A stretch of 64,000 bases of DNA from Eledone cirrhosa (Eukaryota). The notes beneath the pieces were generated by a model, which worked only from the letters and a program-made list of their open reading frames with translations, did not search any database and was not told the DNA's origin. The stretch spans positions 274,474,001-274,538,000 of the forward strand of contig OZ024742.1 in the NCBI GenBank assembly GCA_964016885.1, written 5' to 3'. A program made the translations under genes and the position numbers. This document shows, piece after piece, positions 45,556 through 61,077 of this stretch; positions within the stretch are counted from its first letter, which is position 1; each line of letters opens with the position of its first letter.

Positions 45556-48500
45556 ATTTATATATATATATATATGTATGTGTGTGTGCGTGTGTGTGCG
45601 TGTAAGTGTGTATGTGTGTATTCAAACAGACGGATATACGTGTGGATATATGTGAATCAATTATTCTGTAAATTGTGTCGCTGTCCTTTTACTTATCTAC
45701 ATAACACCATCATGCAGAATATTTTTGTTTGACCCACTGGACTATTGTACTTTATAACGAATTAGTAATATGATAGTATTTGTCTACAGCTGGTACTTCC
45801 CATGTGTAGTCATATACTCGGACGTATCTCACTTCTAGTTACATGTCATTGGTCAGACTATTCGATGCGGTTGTAAACAATTGGGTGATTCAATGATTCA
45901 ATGCTTAACAGAAGGAGAAATTATCGATTGCCTAAAACTAAAATAAAGAGGATCCAAAAAACAAGTAACTTATAAAGTGTTAACCAACAATATGAAAATG
46001 TTCGTGCTATTTTATTTTATAAACAAGATTGTTAACTTCACAGAAAGGTATTCCGCCTTCGGATAATAGAAAAGAGGGCATAAAATCCTCTTGTACTTTG
46101 CGGAGAATTGATATATATTATGTAGTTGCATCAGGCATACCATAACAATATCCCAAAAATAAACACTTACACTGCTGTGTTAAGGAGCGATTAGATGCTA
46201 CTTCTGTATTAGTAAGAAGATTCGTTTATGAAGACTCAAGTTTATCTCATGAAGAGCAATTTCTGAAATTATTACAACGAGACGAATTTACAGTGCCATA
46301 AAAACCGTAGTGTATCCACAGGCACTCTCTAGTGAGTAGCTAAATACTTTGCTTGGGATATGGTTGTTCAACCATATATTAAATATGATAAGATAATAAT
46401 AGAACACGTCTTAATCGGAATGAAATGTAGATCAAGGAAATTCTGATAGATAACTCGATTGCTTCTTTTTAAAAATAAATGATTCTGAAAACCCGAGTAC
46501 TACACACTATATAGATTTAGAAACAGAAATAAGCAGGCTGCAGCTTATGAATTAGAGAGAAAGATTTGGTAATAGAACGTAGTGACCGAATCAGTGACCG
46601 ATGGAGATGACTAAAATGTGTTTGACCAGTTCAATCAATGCTGATGTTAGGCTAAACAGAAATCAACTGCCAGGCTCATTTTGAATGTGTACACAAACAT
46701 ATATTAATGGCTGCTACAACAGCTACAAAAACAAACCAAACACGAATAAAATAAACGACTATATAGTGCGGACATCAGTCCGGCTACCTAGGATTGTACA
46801 GAACACTATATACCGTATTCTACAAATAGTTACTCGGTTTGAAAATACTAACACTCTGTATTTATATACATAACACAGATACATTTTATATTGTAATCTC
46901 CGATACAGGTAATGGCTTTCATTCATTCAATCTCGTCTAATACGTGAATACTCTGGCAAGCCTTTCGGCTTATTGACTCCATCCGTTTTCCATCAATTCT
47001 TTTTGTGTGGCTTACTCTCACATCTCACTATAGGGTGAGCGTTGATTTAATTCCTTCTGAACCACATTATATCGTGTTAAGTGTTCTCAAAAGTCTGCTT
47101 CCTCTATTACACCAAGGACATATGCATCATCACCAAATTAAACACTCTCGCCAATATAGATGAAACTCAAGTTCGTTGCTCCCTAATTTCCCACATCGAA
47201 ACTTTATCGAATGGCACACTAGTCACTTTAATCCAAACAAGCAAGGAATCCATAAAAAGTCCCCAGGCCAATTGCATTTTGCTCAACAAAACAGAGGCAG
47301 TTTATGTTATTGTACACTTAGAAACATTCAGTAAATTGCATTCAATTTTGTGTTAGATTTTATTGATCGAAAAAATGCTTAATGTTTTCAACAAAACGGT
47401 ATATTATGATTAATTTAGAAAGCGATTTTATATATAAAGAACATTAATGGTCAATATTAAATATGAATGATTAATTTTAGAAAAATTATTAGAAAATGGT
47501 TGACATTTATATATGTTAGTTCCTGTTTACATTTAATACAAAACATGAAAAAAATGACATGTTGAACAACCCTACGTTAATAATTAAGTAATTAAGTAAT
47601 CAATTGTCTAAAGATATAGTTTGTTTACAATTCATTTCAGTATTCCTTTCCCTTTGGCTATTGACAGGGAATATGAAGTATGACAAAGAAGAACAAACAC
47701 TAGATAGTGTGTTTCAATGAATAATACATTATAGAAATAAGTCTGCTTGAATAATTCGCGTCTAAATATTATATACATAAACTATACACTCTCGATTGAT
47801 TCATTATTGATGTTTTAATTATAGATACATGCAATGTGTGAGAGAGGCGTTATTATTTTAGTAATTTTAAAAACAAGTTTTAATAGTGATTCTATTTGAT
47901 AGTTGATGCCTAGATAGAATTTTAACGATCCAACATAATTACTTTAATATCGGATGATGAGAAAAAGCGATAGAAAATGCAAGTGCACAAGACACAAGAA
48001 TGCTGCTGATTTTCTAACCTGCTGAAATCTAAAAATAAGATTATCTGAATTATGTACAGTTTCTAAACCCGTTTATTGGTTTTATTAAATAACAGCCTCT
48101 AACATATTTCCTTAAATCTAAGGAAACTACAAGGATATCGCTTTGTCGATGGGCAAATAAATAAATTCTTTAATCTTATTGTGCATAACAAAATAAAAGC
48201 AACATTGAAATAAGTTTTGAAAGAATGGAAGTATTCAGTTGCACTGCTTGAGTGTTAGGGCTGATTGGTCTAAAAGTTACACAACCCAAAGAAGTCATAC
48301 TGGACAAAACTGTTTATACCTTAGAAAGCAGCGGACTAATCAATTGATCAACAAATGAATTTAATGAACTACACTATTCACAACAGTATTCATAGTTTAG
48401 AACTGTTTTCCTCATTAATCGGTTTTATTATTACGTCATGCTATCTAAGGGCACATGAGTCAGAAATATAATTTTATTGAAAGAGATTAATCTCATCTTT

Positions 48501-49299
48501 TTAAGGAAAAAATAAAACCTGTCGAAACGGAAAGAGGGTCTGCTTAAATTACTTCATGACAGGAACATGTGTCTCAGAAGGTGAATGGTCATTGTATTTG
48601 TGGTGATAATGAATTATTGAAAGCAAAGATAAAATAGTAATACGTAGATATATTATGGAAAAATATCAATAACAAAAGGGTGATAATGATGATGATAGGA
48701 AAGATGAGGATGTTGGACGTGATTTTAATAATTGAGATGAGAATAGAATTGATGGCAGATATTGCATTCATAGAAACGGAATGTATCAACAGAATGTATA
48801 AACGCTTCAACATTCACGATTGTACGTACATTTAAAACCACGTAACTCTACTTCTGGCTTTTAGCCATTTTTATACTTTTAATTTCTTCCCTTATATCAT
48901 TTTCTTCGTTTACTTATTTTCTGTTATTAGTTTCTAAATATGTTTCTGTTCTCATTTTCAATTTTGCATTATATCTTATTACATAATGTTTGTTTTCTAT
49001 GTCTTTTGTTCGTTTCCTTTGGTTTTATGGTTTCAACTCTTCCATTATTTATCATTTTCCACTTTACATCTTTCGCTTCCCATTTTCACTTTTCTACATT
49101 TCATCTCATTAATGTTTATTTTTCATTTTCATTCATAACTATTAATCTATGTTTATTATATACGTTTTCATATTTCTATTCTTCATATATCAATTTTACT
49201 CATTAATTATTAATGTTATCTATCTATTTACGTTCTGAGCTTCATCATAAGTACCTTTGTGTTGGTTACAGTTTTTCTCTGTTTTACTCGTCATTTACA

Positions 49300-50848
49300 C
49301 AAGTATACATGTTTTCTATGTTGACAGGCGTGTATGCTTGGGTGTGTGACAGCCTTTATATGTGTCAATATCTGCTTGTACGTTAGTACTTGCGAATGTT
49401 TTGATCTATATATGAGCATTTGATTGCTATTGTGGATTTATGCACAGTTGTGGTATCATTTCCAGGTCTATAGATTTTGTCTCGAACCAACGTGCGGTGG
49501 CATTGGCAGGTCAGAAAGTTATGAAAATGATGTATAGCACATGGCCCGAAAGTTCTCCATGACGTACGAGTTACTTAAACTTCGATAATGTCTCCACTGG
49601 GTTTCTTTAGAAAATCCATTGTGGACATCCTCCTAACTATATTCGCCGACTGATAGACGGTTGTGCGCAACTGACAACATCCTGGAAGTCAGTCTCTCAA
49701 TCTTGATTGTTGCTTTACTTAGGACTGCAGATATGTGAAAGAGACGGAATGTGCAAAGGTGTAGCTGGCAACTGGTGACCACACCTGCTGCTTATGATCT
49801 AGAAAATTCTTTAAATGCCCCAGCTTCGGTGCTTGTTTTTACGTTATCAACTGTGACATGATCAATCTTCTATGTCTAAGATTTTAGCAAGAAATAACCA
49901 GTGCATTGCGTCGGTTCCACAAATAATCTGGTCAGAGAAAAGCTAGAGCAAAACACGACGACTATGCCGTAATACATAACGGTCTCGCAGAAAAAAGGTA
50001 AATTTTAAACCATTTCTGTTTGACGTTAGGTACCCTTCACAAAACCACGCCTCAGTCCTTATCTAACTGGATTTCTGGGTTGTACCATTGTTATGCTATT
50101 CCTCTGATTGAAGTGAGAGCAGAAACAGATGAGTAACGGAATATATATTGAAACACTTACCATTGGAATGTATAGAAACGAAGAAATATTACAAAATATC
50201 TTGTATTTATATATACAGTTAGTAATTTAGAATGTGTGGAACCTGCATGCATGTCAAGCTCTGATTGTACAATAGTAGATTCTCGCAATGAGTAATTATT
50301 CTTTTTCTAGTTTCAACTAATCCATGCCTTTTTCATGCGTGGCTCATTTCATAATTGTAAAAGAAACCCACTGATTTCCTCTTCATTGGTAATTTGAAGG
50401 TCATGATTTCGATTATCACCTGTGGATCTTCCTAATAAACATACACCAACAAATTTAACCAAGTCCCCCTTTCGGTGGCTCGGGATTTCGTCTGATAGCA
50501 AGCGCGTGTGTCTTCCATTGACCGGCTTCAATCCCACGAGCTTCTCCGGGTGAAATGTTACGGCTTTCACCACTTTGTACCCCTTCGAAACGATGCCTAA
50601 TGCATCTATATCCCTGGTGTTTGACTCCATTACCACGGCGTCCTCCGCATATGCTGACATCTACGTCCATGACCTAGTTCTAGCAGGATGCCCCTCAACG
50701 ACTTCGGATTGCAGAATAACGATAAAAGTGTCGATACGTTGAAACGGGATGAAAGGGGAAATTCTTGGTGGACCGAATTGGCGTTTCGAAATGGTTGCAA
50801 AAGGTGGACAATTATTCTGACAAGGGAGCGGATGGTACAATGCATTAA
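49300..50848 (-). mobile_element. Old decayed Tx1/L1-like LINE fragment
   Basis: SAYAEDAVV (YADD-like), KGYKVVKAVTFHPEK and VKFVGV parallel the 1254-2591 protein. Confidence 0.6.
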
Positions 50849-50852
50849 AGTT

Positions 50853-52020
50853 ACCGTATATATTCGCGTATAGGTCGCACTTTTTTACCGATAAATAAGC
50901 ATAAAGTTTTGGGGTGCGACTTATCCGATCGACATCAGATTGAGCAATGATTTTTCATAGACTTAATCAACGATGGGTATTTATAAAAAATAACTTTGTT
51001 AATATTTTTTTATTGTTTAACATAATAATTTCATATATCAACCTTCTTATACATTTATTTCTTTATTTTAAATTTTTTACTAAAACTTCGTAGTGTTTAC
51101 GTTTATTTCTATCTGACCGAACCATCCGTCATTAAAATCCATAGAAATGCATACCCGGTATCCAAACAAGCATCACTCCTATGGCAATCATTTGCTTGGT
51201 CTAATTAATCAGATTTCCGCCGCAGCTGTGTTTAATACATGTTATTTATGCGATTTTTATCACGATGTAGATGTCTTCAAGGATAGATTTCTTCAGGATC
51301 TTACAAGTCTATAATTTGCTGACCAGCATTGCGAAGACAACCGCTAACCTCCTTGAAAACTACTTCGTGAAAATTATAAACTCTACATTTAACAGAGTAA
51401 TGTACTAGAATGAATCGATTAAATCCCACCTGACTTCGTCTTTTCTCACCTTCACTGACTCTAGCCAAACTGAATTCGCAGTTTCTCATACATCAGTATT
51501 TCCGCTGTTGCTATCAACAGTTTGCAACTCTTCACACCTTTCCCCTGCAAGTTCGGAGAATTTGTCAACGTAGGCAGTAAAGACTATCACCATTTCCGGC
51601 CAACATCTTACCCTCAAATTTTCCGCAAAGTGCTTCAGAAAATCAGGACACAATCACATTGTATCAGCTAGCATACAATTTCATGTGAAATTGGGGGAAA
51701 TACCTTTATAACGTAATTTTGAATCCATATCGTGATCCGTTGTAATGAAAATTTGGTCGAGGGTCATTATTATTGCGGGCACGTATTGTGTTGCCTTTCC
51801 TTATTTCCACTTTTAAGATGTTCGCAGGCTGCCCATTGGTCGAATTTTCTATATCACAATTTGTTAGAACATCCAATCACTGCTCGTTTAAAATTGCCCC
51901 TATCATTATTTTATTTCCAATTTATATGGGTGATCTAGTTCTTAAATCTTTTATTTTTGTTGTTGGTATGTTTGTAGATTTGGCAGCTGTCATGGTAATT
52001 TGGCATTTGTTTTCCTAATA
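50853..52020 (-). mobile_element. Decayed Tc1/mariner (pogo-like) DNA transposon remnant
   Basis: TA-CCGTATATATTCGCGTATAGGTCGCAC terminus with an internal inverted GTGCGACTTAT; weak HTH-like coding remnant near 51800-51990. Confidence 0.45.
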
Positions 52021-53184
52021 TTGTTGTAAGAAAGTGGATGACCTATGGGGAAGGTACCAATCATTTAAAGCCCACAATTCTGTGCTTAAGGAACTGTTTT
52101 CCGACCTTTATTAATTTTCTTCCGACGATAAATTGTCTATGTCCCAAAATCTGAGGTACCAAAGTGGAACGATCTATTAGTCAGTTTGTAAATGTCTGTA
52201 CTTTTGGGTTGGCCTGGTTGACAAGAATAGAAAATGTGTGGAGGTGTCCTGCTCTGTTGTTGTAGATTCTGTGGACGTTGCTTTATTTTCTGCTACTATT
52301 ATGGCTGCTATATTTACCACTTTTGCTGTTGATGTTATTGCTTTTCTTTGTGCAGATCTTACAAATGATGTTTCTGTCCGTTGAATTAGTTGTTTTGTGT
52401 ATCGGTTTTTTTCTGTCTATTACCGTTGATGGTTTGCGGTTGATGCAATTGAATTTGCGTTGTTGGCAGCAAATAGTATTTTCCACCTTGTATTTGAAGA
52501 GAGAACGAACATTAATGCAGGGCGCTAACACATATGTAGCAGTTTAGTCTTATCTTCTCCTGCCCAAACTATATCCTGTGTTCCTCCCATGATTTGAATG
52601 CCACCGGGTTCAGACATATCAGCTACTTAAAATCTGGAGCGTGAAACGGACCTCTGGCTAGTTTAGTAGAAGGGTTTATTTCGTTTCAGATCATTCTATA
52701 TGTTTCCTCAATACCATCTAGATGTATCTGAAAGAACACAACATGAGCACACAATAGTGGTGTGACTATTACCGTCGGTGGTACATAACACCAGAATGCT
52801 CAGGAAATCTTTCCCCTCTGACAAATAATGCTATATACATGTTTGACATGTAAATTTGCTTCAGCAAGGGACGGGCTGTCCACTGCTTTTGTGTATCTAT
52901 TAAAAGGTTTCTTTTCGGTTCATAACTTTATCCGAGAGATCAATTGTGTTGGGTGGAATAGGCCTCGTTCCGATGGGAAAGAAGCATGATCACGTCATTT
53001 GAAGAATATGCTATTTTGTACTTATTTTGGCTTAAAGACCTACGGGTATAGGTATTGCTATCCACACGCTGGTGGTGGTAATTGTTGTGATAGTGGTGGT
53101 TGAATTCGTAGCGTTCGATGTGCTAATAGGTTTGTTTCTGTTGCTGCTAGTGTTACTGCACCTCCATTTTGGTCCTCAATATGA

Positions 53185-53335
53185 GGGCGATGGATTGGCA
53201 GTATCGAGTTATGTTCCTTTACTTTCTGAGTACAAATCCCACCGAGGTTAGCTTTCCCATTCATCCTTATGAGGTCGATAAAATAAAGCACAAGTAATGC
53301 ACTGGGATCGATTTAATCGAATTTTCTCTCCCCCA
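53185..53335 (+). mobile_element. tRNA-derived SINE, internally deleted
   Basis: GGATTGGCAG..AAATCCCACCGAGGTTAGCTTT..GGTCGATAAAATAAAG..GCACTGGGATCGATTTAATCGA. Confidence 0.7.
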
Positions 53336-54531
53336 TATTGCTGCCCTTGTTGTTACATTCATTTCTTTCTTTATTTTCGTCATTCTCATTGTTGTTGAGT
53401 TGTTGCTTGAATTGTTATTGCTGATGTTATCATAAATACCACTATACATAGTGATGCTTTATGTAGCGTTATATATGGTATTAATGGTGTTGCTGCTGCT
53501 GATAATCATGTTGTCCTTGCTTTACTTTTTTCTTTCACACGCTTTTGCAGGAGTTAGTTTTGCTGTTCTTATTTGTGCTGTCCGGATAGTAACATCAAGT
53601 TCGCTGTTTCATTCTTCCAATCTAAAACACTATAATTGTTTAAATAGGAACATATGTATCAGTGACTGTTATGCTTTTCACAGGAAATGCTGAATGCTGC
53701 AGCCAAATTCGAATGCATATGATGGACTTCCTTCCATCATGGTTATACATATTTAAACATCGATGCTCCTTCTTGTGTGCGTGTATATATATGATGAATA
53801 TCTCTCTTCTAGCCTCCCGTTGACATTCTCTAGTTCTCGTACACATGTATTTGTATGTGTCTGTGTGTCAGTGCGTGCATATGTACATGTGTACATAAAC
53901 CTACATGCATATATGGACATTAAAACAGTTGCACACATACACATACACATGTATGTATTTAAGTGTATGCTTTGTGTATGAATATACAAACGCATTTATA
54001 CACATTTTAGTGTCGTTAACTTTTTTATTAGTTTACTATTCCCTACTGCAACTGGTGCAATATATCTTTATATGATGGTGGAGAATTAAAGAACATTATA
54101 TATAAAATAACAATAACAGGAAAACTATAGAGCGACACCAACGACAACAGCACTAGCAAAACAATATATCGAGTAGCAGAAAGAGAAATTGTATGAAGAT
54201 ATAATGATTGCCGAAGCATTAGATCGAAGAAATAGTCTAGATGGGAGTTAGTTAGAAATGACAATCATTTTCCATCCCCAAATGACCTGAAAAACAGACA
54301 ATTCATTATTTATATTTAAATAATGGGTTGCTATTAGGAATAATTTGAGAGGTTGGTTAGTCCCAAATGAGTAATTAAAAACTCATTAAATGCAGCTATT
54401 TCAGAGATTATATCGATGATATTGAAGAGAATAGTCGTAATATAAATAAGGAGAGAAGCATAACGAAGAAAATGGACGTGAGGTAAAAATGATTGACGCA
54501 TGTGTGTGTGTGTGTGTACGTTAGTGTGTGA

Positions 54532-54580
<49 letters not shown>

Positions 54581-54581
54581 C

Positions 54582-54676
<95 letters not shown>

Positions 54677-54940
54677 ATTATTTGTGAATGTGTGCATGTG
54701 TGTCTATGCGTATTTATATCGGAATATTCATGTATATGTGTGAGTCTAGTGATATGAGGATGTAGTCTACTAGGATAATGTGTGTTGAAATTAAAAAAAT
54801 GAAGATGTAGTTAGGAAAACAGCCTCATAGAATTTGTAATATATATATATAAAACTGAGGATGTCTGTCTGTGTGTGTGTGAGTGAGTTTGAATCCCTAA
54901 AACTCGAGAAGCATAATTCTCGGTAAAAGCAGCGGAGTGC

Positions 54941-54990
54941 GTGGTCTTGATAAACGCTAACAAGCGAGAAACAGACTGTCTGTCAATCAC
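54941..54990 (+). ncRNA. Type I hammerhead, U3:A8 variant, in a solo 317-family copy (~54780-55120)
   Basis: GTGGTC-TTGATAA-aCGCT aaca AGCGa-GAAAC-AGACTGTCT-GTC-AATCAC. Confidence 0.7.
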
Positions 54991-55334
54991 TCTCTGTTGT
55001 TTCTTGCCGGAATAAGTAAGTGGCATAGTCACTACTTTAAAACTCATAGTGAATGGTCTTCAACATATTTTTAATTAAACATAGAGTATACTGCCAAATA
55101 TACTATAAATACATTCATATATATATATATATATATGAAAAACCACAGACCCTCCATTTCAACTCTACTTTTGAAAAGCAGAAGAACTGCGAAACCGATA
55201 AAGGAACAAAATAAATATATATATATTTTTTTTAAATAAGAGACCAGTTGCATTTTCGATTTCATCTTTTTTTCTTTATACTTTCACTCGTGTAGGACAC
55301 CTCGGTTATTTTTCATTTTGTAAAAAAACCTCAC

Positions 55335-55378
<44 letters not shown>

Positions 55379-55412
55379 TGTACCAATTGTGTTGTTATTT
55401 CTGTTTACCTTT

Positions 55413-55506
<94 letters not shown>

Positions 55507-55818
55507 GGTGTGGGTGTGTGTGTGTATGTGTATGTGTGCGTGCGTGCGTGCGTGCATGTATGTGCGTGAAAGGTAAACAGAAATAACAAAATAAACAAAA
55601 CATACGCCATAGTACATGCAAGAACTATATTAATTTAATACTTGAAAGAGGAGGAAGAGAGACTTAACGACTCAGACACTAGTCCCTCATTAGAAAATAG
55701 AGTTAGAAATAGAAGATAAATAGAAAGTAAAGATTGAAAGTGGAAGGAACGGGAAAAATGAGAAAAGAAATTGCGGAGAAAACACACATCTGCGTATTCA
55801 GTCACCCATCTTTCATTT

Positions 55819-55853
<35 letters not shown>

Positions 55854-55858
55854 ATGTT

Positions 55859-55930
<72 letters not shown>

Positions 55931-56321
55931 ATTAATAAAGATGCTGATGTTACATAAATCGTTTGTTCATTATAATTATTTTGATTGCATGGGAGAACCG
56001 TTGAAATAATTATAATGAATAAACGATTCATGTAACATCACCATCATTAGTAATGTTATTATTATACTGAATCTCCATCGTAACTACAAACTACGAATGT
56101 TGAGAGCCTTCTCCTGATTCTCCTGCTTTTACCAAAACAATCTATTCAGAATATATATATATATATATATATAACGGCGATGAATTAGTTTTGCGAGGTT
56201 TTTGATATGAAATCGTGTGTCGAAACAAATATTGTTATACTAAATAAATAAATAAATAAATAAATAAACAGACTAAATAATATGGCGTAAGCATACAATG
56301 CAACGGGAGGAAACATAATAG

Positions 56322-56366
56322 CAACACTGACGATGTTGCAGATGTGCAACGAAAGAACTTTGATAG
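56322..56366 (+). ncRNA. Solo minimal hammerhead with decayed stem I
   Basis: CA-CTGACGA-tGTTGCA gatg TGCAAC-GAAAG-AA-CTT-TG. Confidence 0.65.
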
Positions 56367-56558
56367 ACTATATATATGTGTTGGTGTCTATATTGTATCT
56401 GTATTTTTGACCATTGGTCAGTCAATGGCAACATGGAGGACCGAATAAATTAAATTAACCGATATAAAAGACACAGAAGCAAAAACCAACCAAACAGTGA
56501 GTGTGTTCTGTTATTAATTCTGGCAATATTATTACACAAATATGACCCTCCCCACGTA

Positions 56559-56628
<70 letters not shown>

Positions 56629-57239
56629 GCTCAGTTATATATTTAGATCAGTCTTAAATATACCAAGTGAGAAGGCAAGGCATGGTAGTGATGAAATCAA
56701 ACCACAGACATCCATAGCAACTAGATATTACCAAACCACCGTCTTCTTTTATTCAAAGTACGATAGCCCTTCGGTTGTCGAAAAATTACCAAAGGGTATA
56801 TTTGGTAGGAAATATTTGCATTTGTTGGCCATATATATTTTCTCTACTTTTATTATTCCTAATACTATAACCTAATATTTCATATGCCTAGTGTGTTGCG
56901 ATAAGTACTGCATTTTAACAGCTACATTTCATTGTTAACTTATCATGCCGGATAGGATCCATTCAATTTACGGCTTCGATAAGATAGATTTAGTGTAATA
57001 CTACGTTAGACTTGTTCTGCTATCTATCCAAACAAATCTTTCTGTCTGGTGCTTCCGTTATCAAAAACTAATTATTTTTGGTGTTCGTGTATTCAGTCTT
57101 AATCTATAAAGGTTAACCTCTTCCTTTTCTCTGGTGTGAAAGATCTGGCTGACACTATTATATGATTCATATCTCTAGATGCTCCACTGCCTGTATGGAA
57201 CCGATCTGCTCTCGTGAAGGCTGAAAATCAAATCATTAT

Positions 57240-57352
57240 CATAAATCCCGCCGAGGTTGACTTTGCCTTTCATCCTTACGGGGTCGATGAAGTAAAGTAC
57301 CAGTGATGCACTGGGTAATTGCTGGCCTTGTGCCTAAAGTAGAAACAATTAT
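57240..57352 (+). mobile_element. 5'-truncated SINE
   Basis: Reverse complement of 4085-4195. Confidence 0.8.
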
Positions 57353-58687
57353 CATTTACATTACTTGTAAATTAGTGAAAAGGTCTTGAACGCCTTAAGG
57401 CCTCTATTTCTTGAAAATATATTATAACATGTTAAACCGCAGCTATTTATAGTTGCAGATTGTAGCAGTACATATATGACATAATATCAAATGTTATTAA
57501 ACATATGAAGCGTTATAAAAGATAATATACAATATATAAAACATATACCATAACGCATAGTATAAACTCTCTTCGTAAAAGAAGTTAATCTCTGGCTGCT
57601 TAACTTTACATTTTTAAGATTAAAAAAAAAGCTTATTTGTATACAATAGAAAAATATATAAATATATGTAAGTCATATTATACAGCATACTTTAAAATAT
57701 GAAAAAATCAGCAACATAAAATAAAACACTTTCCTAAGTTTTAATATGTAGCTGCTTAAATTTGAATCTTTTAACAATAAACCTGAAGAAATAATAATAT
57801 AAAACATAAAAAATATAATAAACTTAAAAACAGCATCCAATTTCGTTTGGCCACATGAATGCTGAAACGAAAATATTACAAGGAAAATTCAGAAAAAAAT
57901 GTACACATTTAAAATACTTAGATATAATGTGTATGTGTGCGTGGATGAGCAAGAATTAGCGTGTTAGTGTATGTATAATTGTGTAAATATGTGTTCACCA
58001 ATACTTACGAGATTCAGGTGTGTATGAAGAAATGTGTTTAACCAAACGACATAATGGAGTCGTTTGGGAATTTTACCGGAAATAGAAATGGGAACTACGA
58101 TGATAGAAAATAAGGGAATGTATATAAGCCAAAAACCATTCGACAAACAAGAGAGGAGAAATGAAATAATTATATAAAATACTTGAGAGAACCTAGAAAT
58201 GTTAAATTATAAATAAAAAAAATCAATGATGACGATACTGAGGAGGGATAGGAAAACGTGTTGAGGTTAAGATGATGATGATGATGATGTCATTACGATA
58301 TTTAATACATTTATATTGCCACCATGGCCCAATGAAACAGAACATGTTCCGAAGGTGTTACAGAAACATATGATGTGCATGCAAAAGTGAACATACAAAT
58401 GATAGGGCAAACACAGGATATGCTACGATGCATTAGCAATATTGGCGATTGTGCATAATCATTACGATGTAGTAAAATACTTTGTAATATCAACTACCAT
58501 TACCTGTACATTGAGTTCAAATCACGTACCTCTCAGTGATTCAGCTGGGGGGCTTTTGAAAACTACAAATAGTTTGAGGAACAATGCAAGCATAATTTCT
58601 TTGTCCCGATATAAAGACTAGCTTCTACCATTTCTTTTTACATGCATATGTATATACACATTGAAACAACCTCCCCAAACAGCCAGT

Positions 58688-59615
58688 TTTTCTTCCTCTT
58701 CTCCGCCCACTTAATCATGTGAGAGTCATGCGGTCCGAGTCCTCAAGCGTGCCTTCCAGCGGGTCATGTCATAAGCAATCATCTCTAATTTACCCAGCTG
58801 GATCACCAAGTTAGACCTGCCGAGCTCTTGGTTGTTATCCAACAATTCTTGCTCGTGCTCTGCACAGGGACTCCCCTGCCAGTTAGGTTTACCCGGAAAA
58901 ACAGTCCCGTGATTCTTTCCTGAGACATTATGAAACGATGACGTAGTATCGGAGTTTTGATCTCTCATTTCAGGGAATTAGCGGCTCTACCTGGAACAAA
59001 TCTCTGATCACCAAGCTACGCACTAACGAGTAACGTTATACCAATGACCCTATGGAAGAACTCCATTTCGGCCGCTTGTATATTCACAAAAGTATTCATT
59101 CGGTAATTATTCATGATTCATGACCATAAGTAAGGGTTGGCACAGATACTGAATTGAAGATAGTGAGATTTGCTTTTAATTATACCTCCCCACCTCTGAG
59201 GACCGAATTCTGAAGCGCCAGCTCCTGCAATTCTTGCACTTAATTCCTCCTCTTGTCTTACATCTGCCGTGAACACAGACCAGAGATACTTGAAATCCTC
59301 CATCTGCTTCAATGGAACTTCCCTCGCGTGTAAAGGGCACTCAGACTGCTTCCTTGAGTGAAAAATGTATCCTTATTTGTAGCACTCGGCAGCAAACCTA
59401 AGTGCATGTCGGAGATCACCTTCTGTCAAGTTAAGTAATACCATGTCATCTACAAATTCCGGTTAACTTATCCTACACCCGCCGCTCTGGATATCATTTT
59501 CATTGCGCCTGCGCATATGAATCCTATCATTGATGATTACGAACAGGAGAGGTTACAGAACGGAACCATGGCAGAGACATACACCCACACCGAATTGTTT
59601 CGACCTAGCCCCACA
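58688..59615 (-). mobile_element. 5'-truncated RTE LINE
   Basis: GVGVCLCHGSVL*PLLFVII, FVDDMV, KQMEDFKYL, QAAEMEFF; decayed GAA tail. Confidence 0.8.
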
Positions 59616-61077
59616 TATATAAATATATATATGAGATGAATATTCCTGTTACGTTGAGCGAAACATTTGTCAATCATTTAAATGATTAAAATTAATTTAA
59701 TTTTGGTTATTTGATAATGGCGCCTCTATATGTGCCAAAACATTTAAAATAATACATTGCTTATTTTCGAATTCATGAAAAGATATGTGGTAGCATAGAT
59801 TAGAGTGTACAAAAGCAATTATTAAACATCATTCAACAATTCCTTTAGGGTTTCCAGTTATTTGAAAAAACTGGACATTTTGGTAAATACAGCTAGAGAG
59901 GAATTTGAAATGCCCTGAACCTAGAAATGGGGATGTGTATTGAATTGAATAATTTGAGATACAATACAAGGTAGTTTTATTTGGAAACAATTGAGAACAA
60001 AATTAGAAAAAAAAAAAACTACCAAAAAAGTAATTGTGATAATGCAGAAGATACATAAAACAATTTTTCTACAAATCGCAAACCATACATTCTTGAAACG
60101 TGTCTGTATAAAAAATCTTGCAATGGTAATATTGTCGGAATTTTCATCAACATATTCCTGTGAGACATTATTTTAAAGGTTTAACTTTGTGAAGTTTCAT
60201 GTAATGTGTAGCCTTGCTGAGAGCAATGTTGTATGAATAGCTCAAATACAACGGTGATAGACAGTATCTGTCATCGATGCTGCAGCAGCTATAATCGTAC
60301 GGAAGATAACATATTTATTTCGATCAAATAAATAGCGTTATTTTTCTGTGTCCTTGTTTAAAATCATTGAGTGTAATGATTTTTATTTTCTTTACACAAT
60401 GCAGTTCTACATATGAAGATTGATGTATGATTTTAAAACCATTCATGTTTAAAGATACAGCCTAAAATTCTTTCAATTCTTTCAATTCCATTGTTGAATG
60501 CTTATTTATACTGAATCAATACACGTAGGTAATTAATATAAGATATTTTACTTGAATATATATTATGACAGTATTTTGTTACCTAACTATGTTTTCGGGA
60601 AATACGGATATATATGATATTTAAATACTAACAATACCCAATACAAATTATTCCGAAGTTATTTATTCTGTAAAATTAATTCAGAAATGGCTTCAACCAC
60701 AGAGCATATACCCAATCATTTGAATGGCAGCATACAATTTACAAGTTACTCGTGAACAACAAAAGAAAAATACGCAGAGTATACATTGAGATTCACACAC
60801 ACACATGTACGACACGCTCACAATGTTATAGTTCTTTACTAACATTAATTTAACAGTAACAATCTTATCCATCAATTCACCTATTAATATTTACAATTCA
60901 GTTCCTAGAATGACTGAAATTCAATGGCAAGTTCTATGTTTGTTCTTTTTCGCACGTTCTCTTTTTTCTTACAATTTTCAAATTTTATGAATGAGAAATA
61001 ATTCGCGACATAGGAATATATCTGCACCATTCGTTCATTCCTTTCTCCAGCATTTTGACATTATTGCATTTCAGCTT

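Noticed and set aside
45700-49300. Host gene exons
   Set aside because: No convincing ORF or splice pattern; only a faint LINE-like remnant near 46200-46300. Small exons cannot be excluded.
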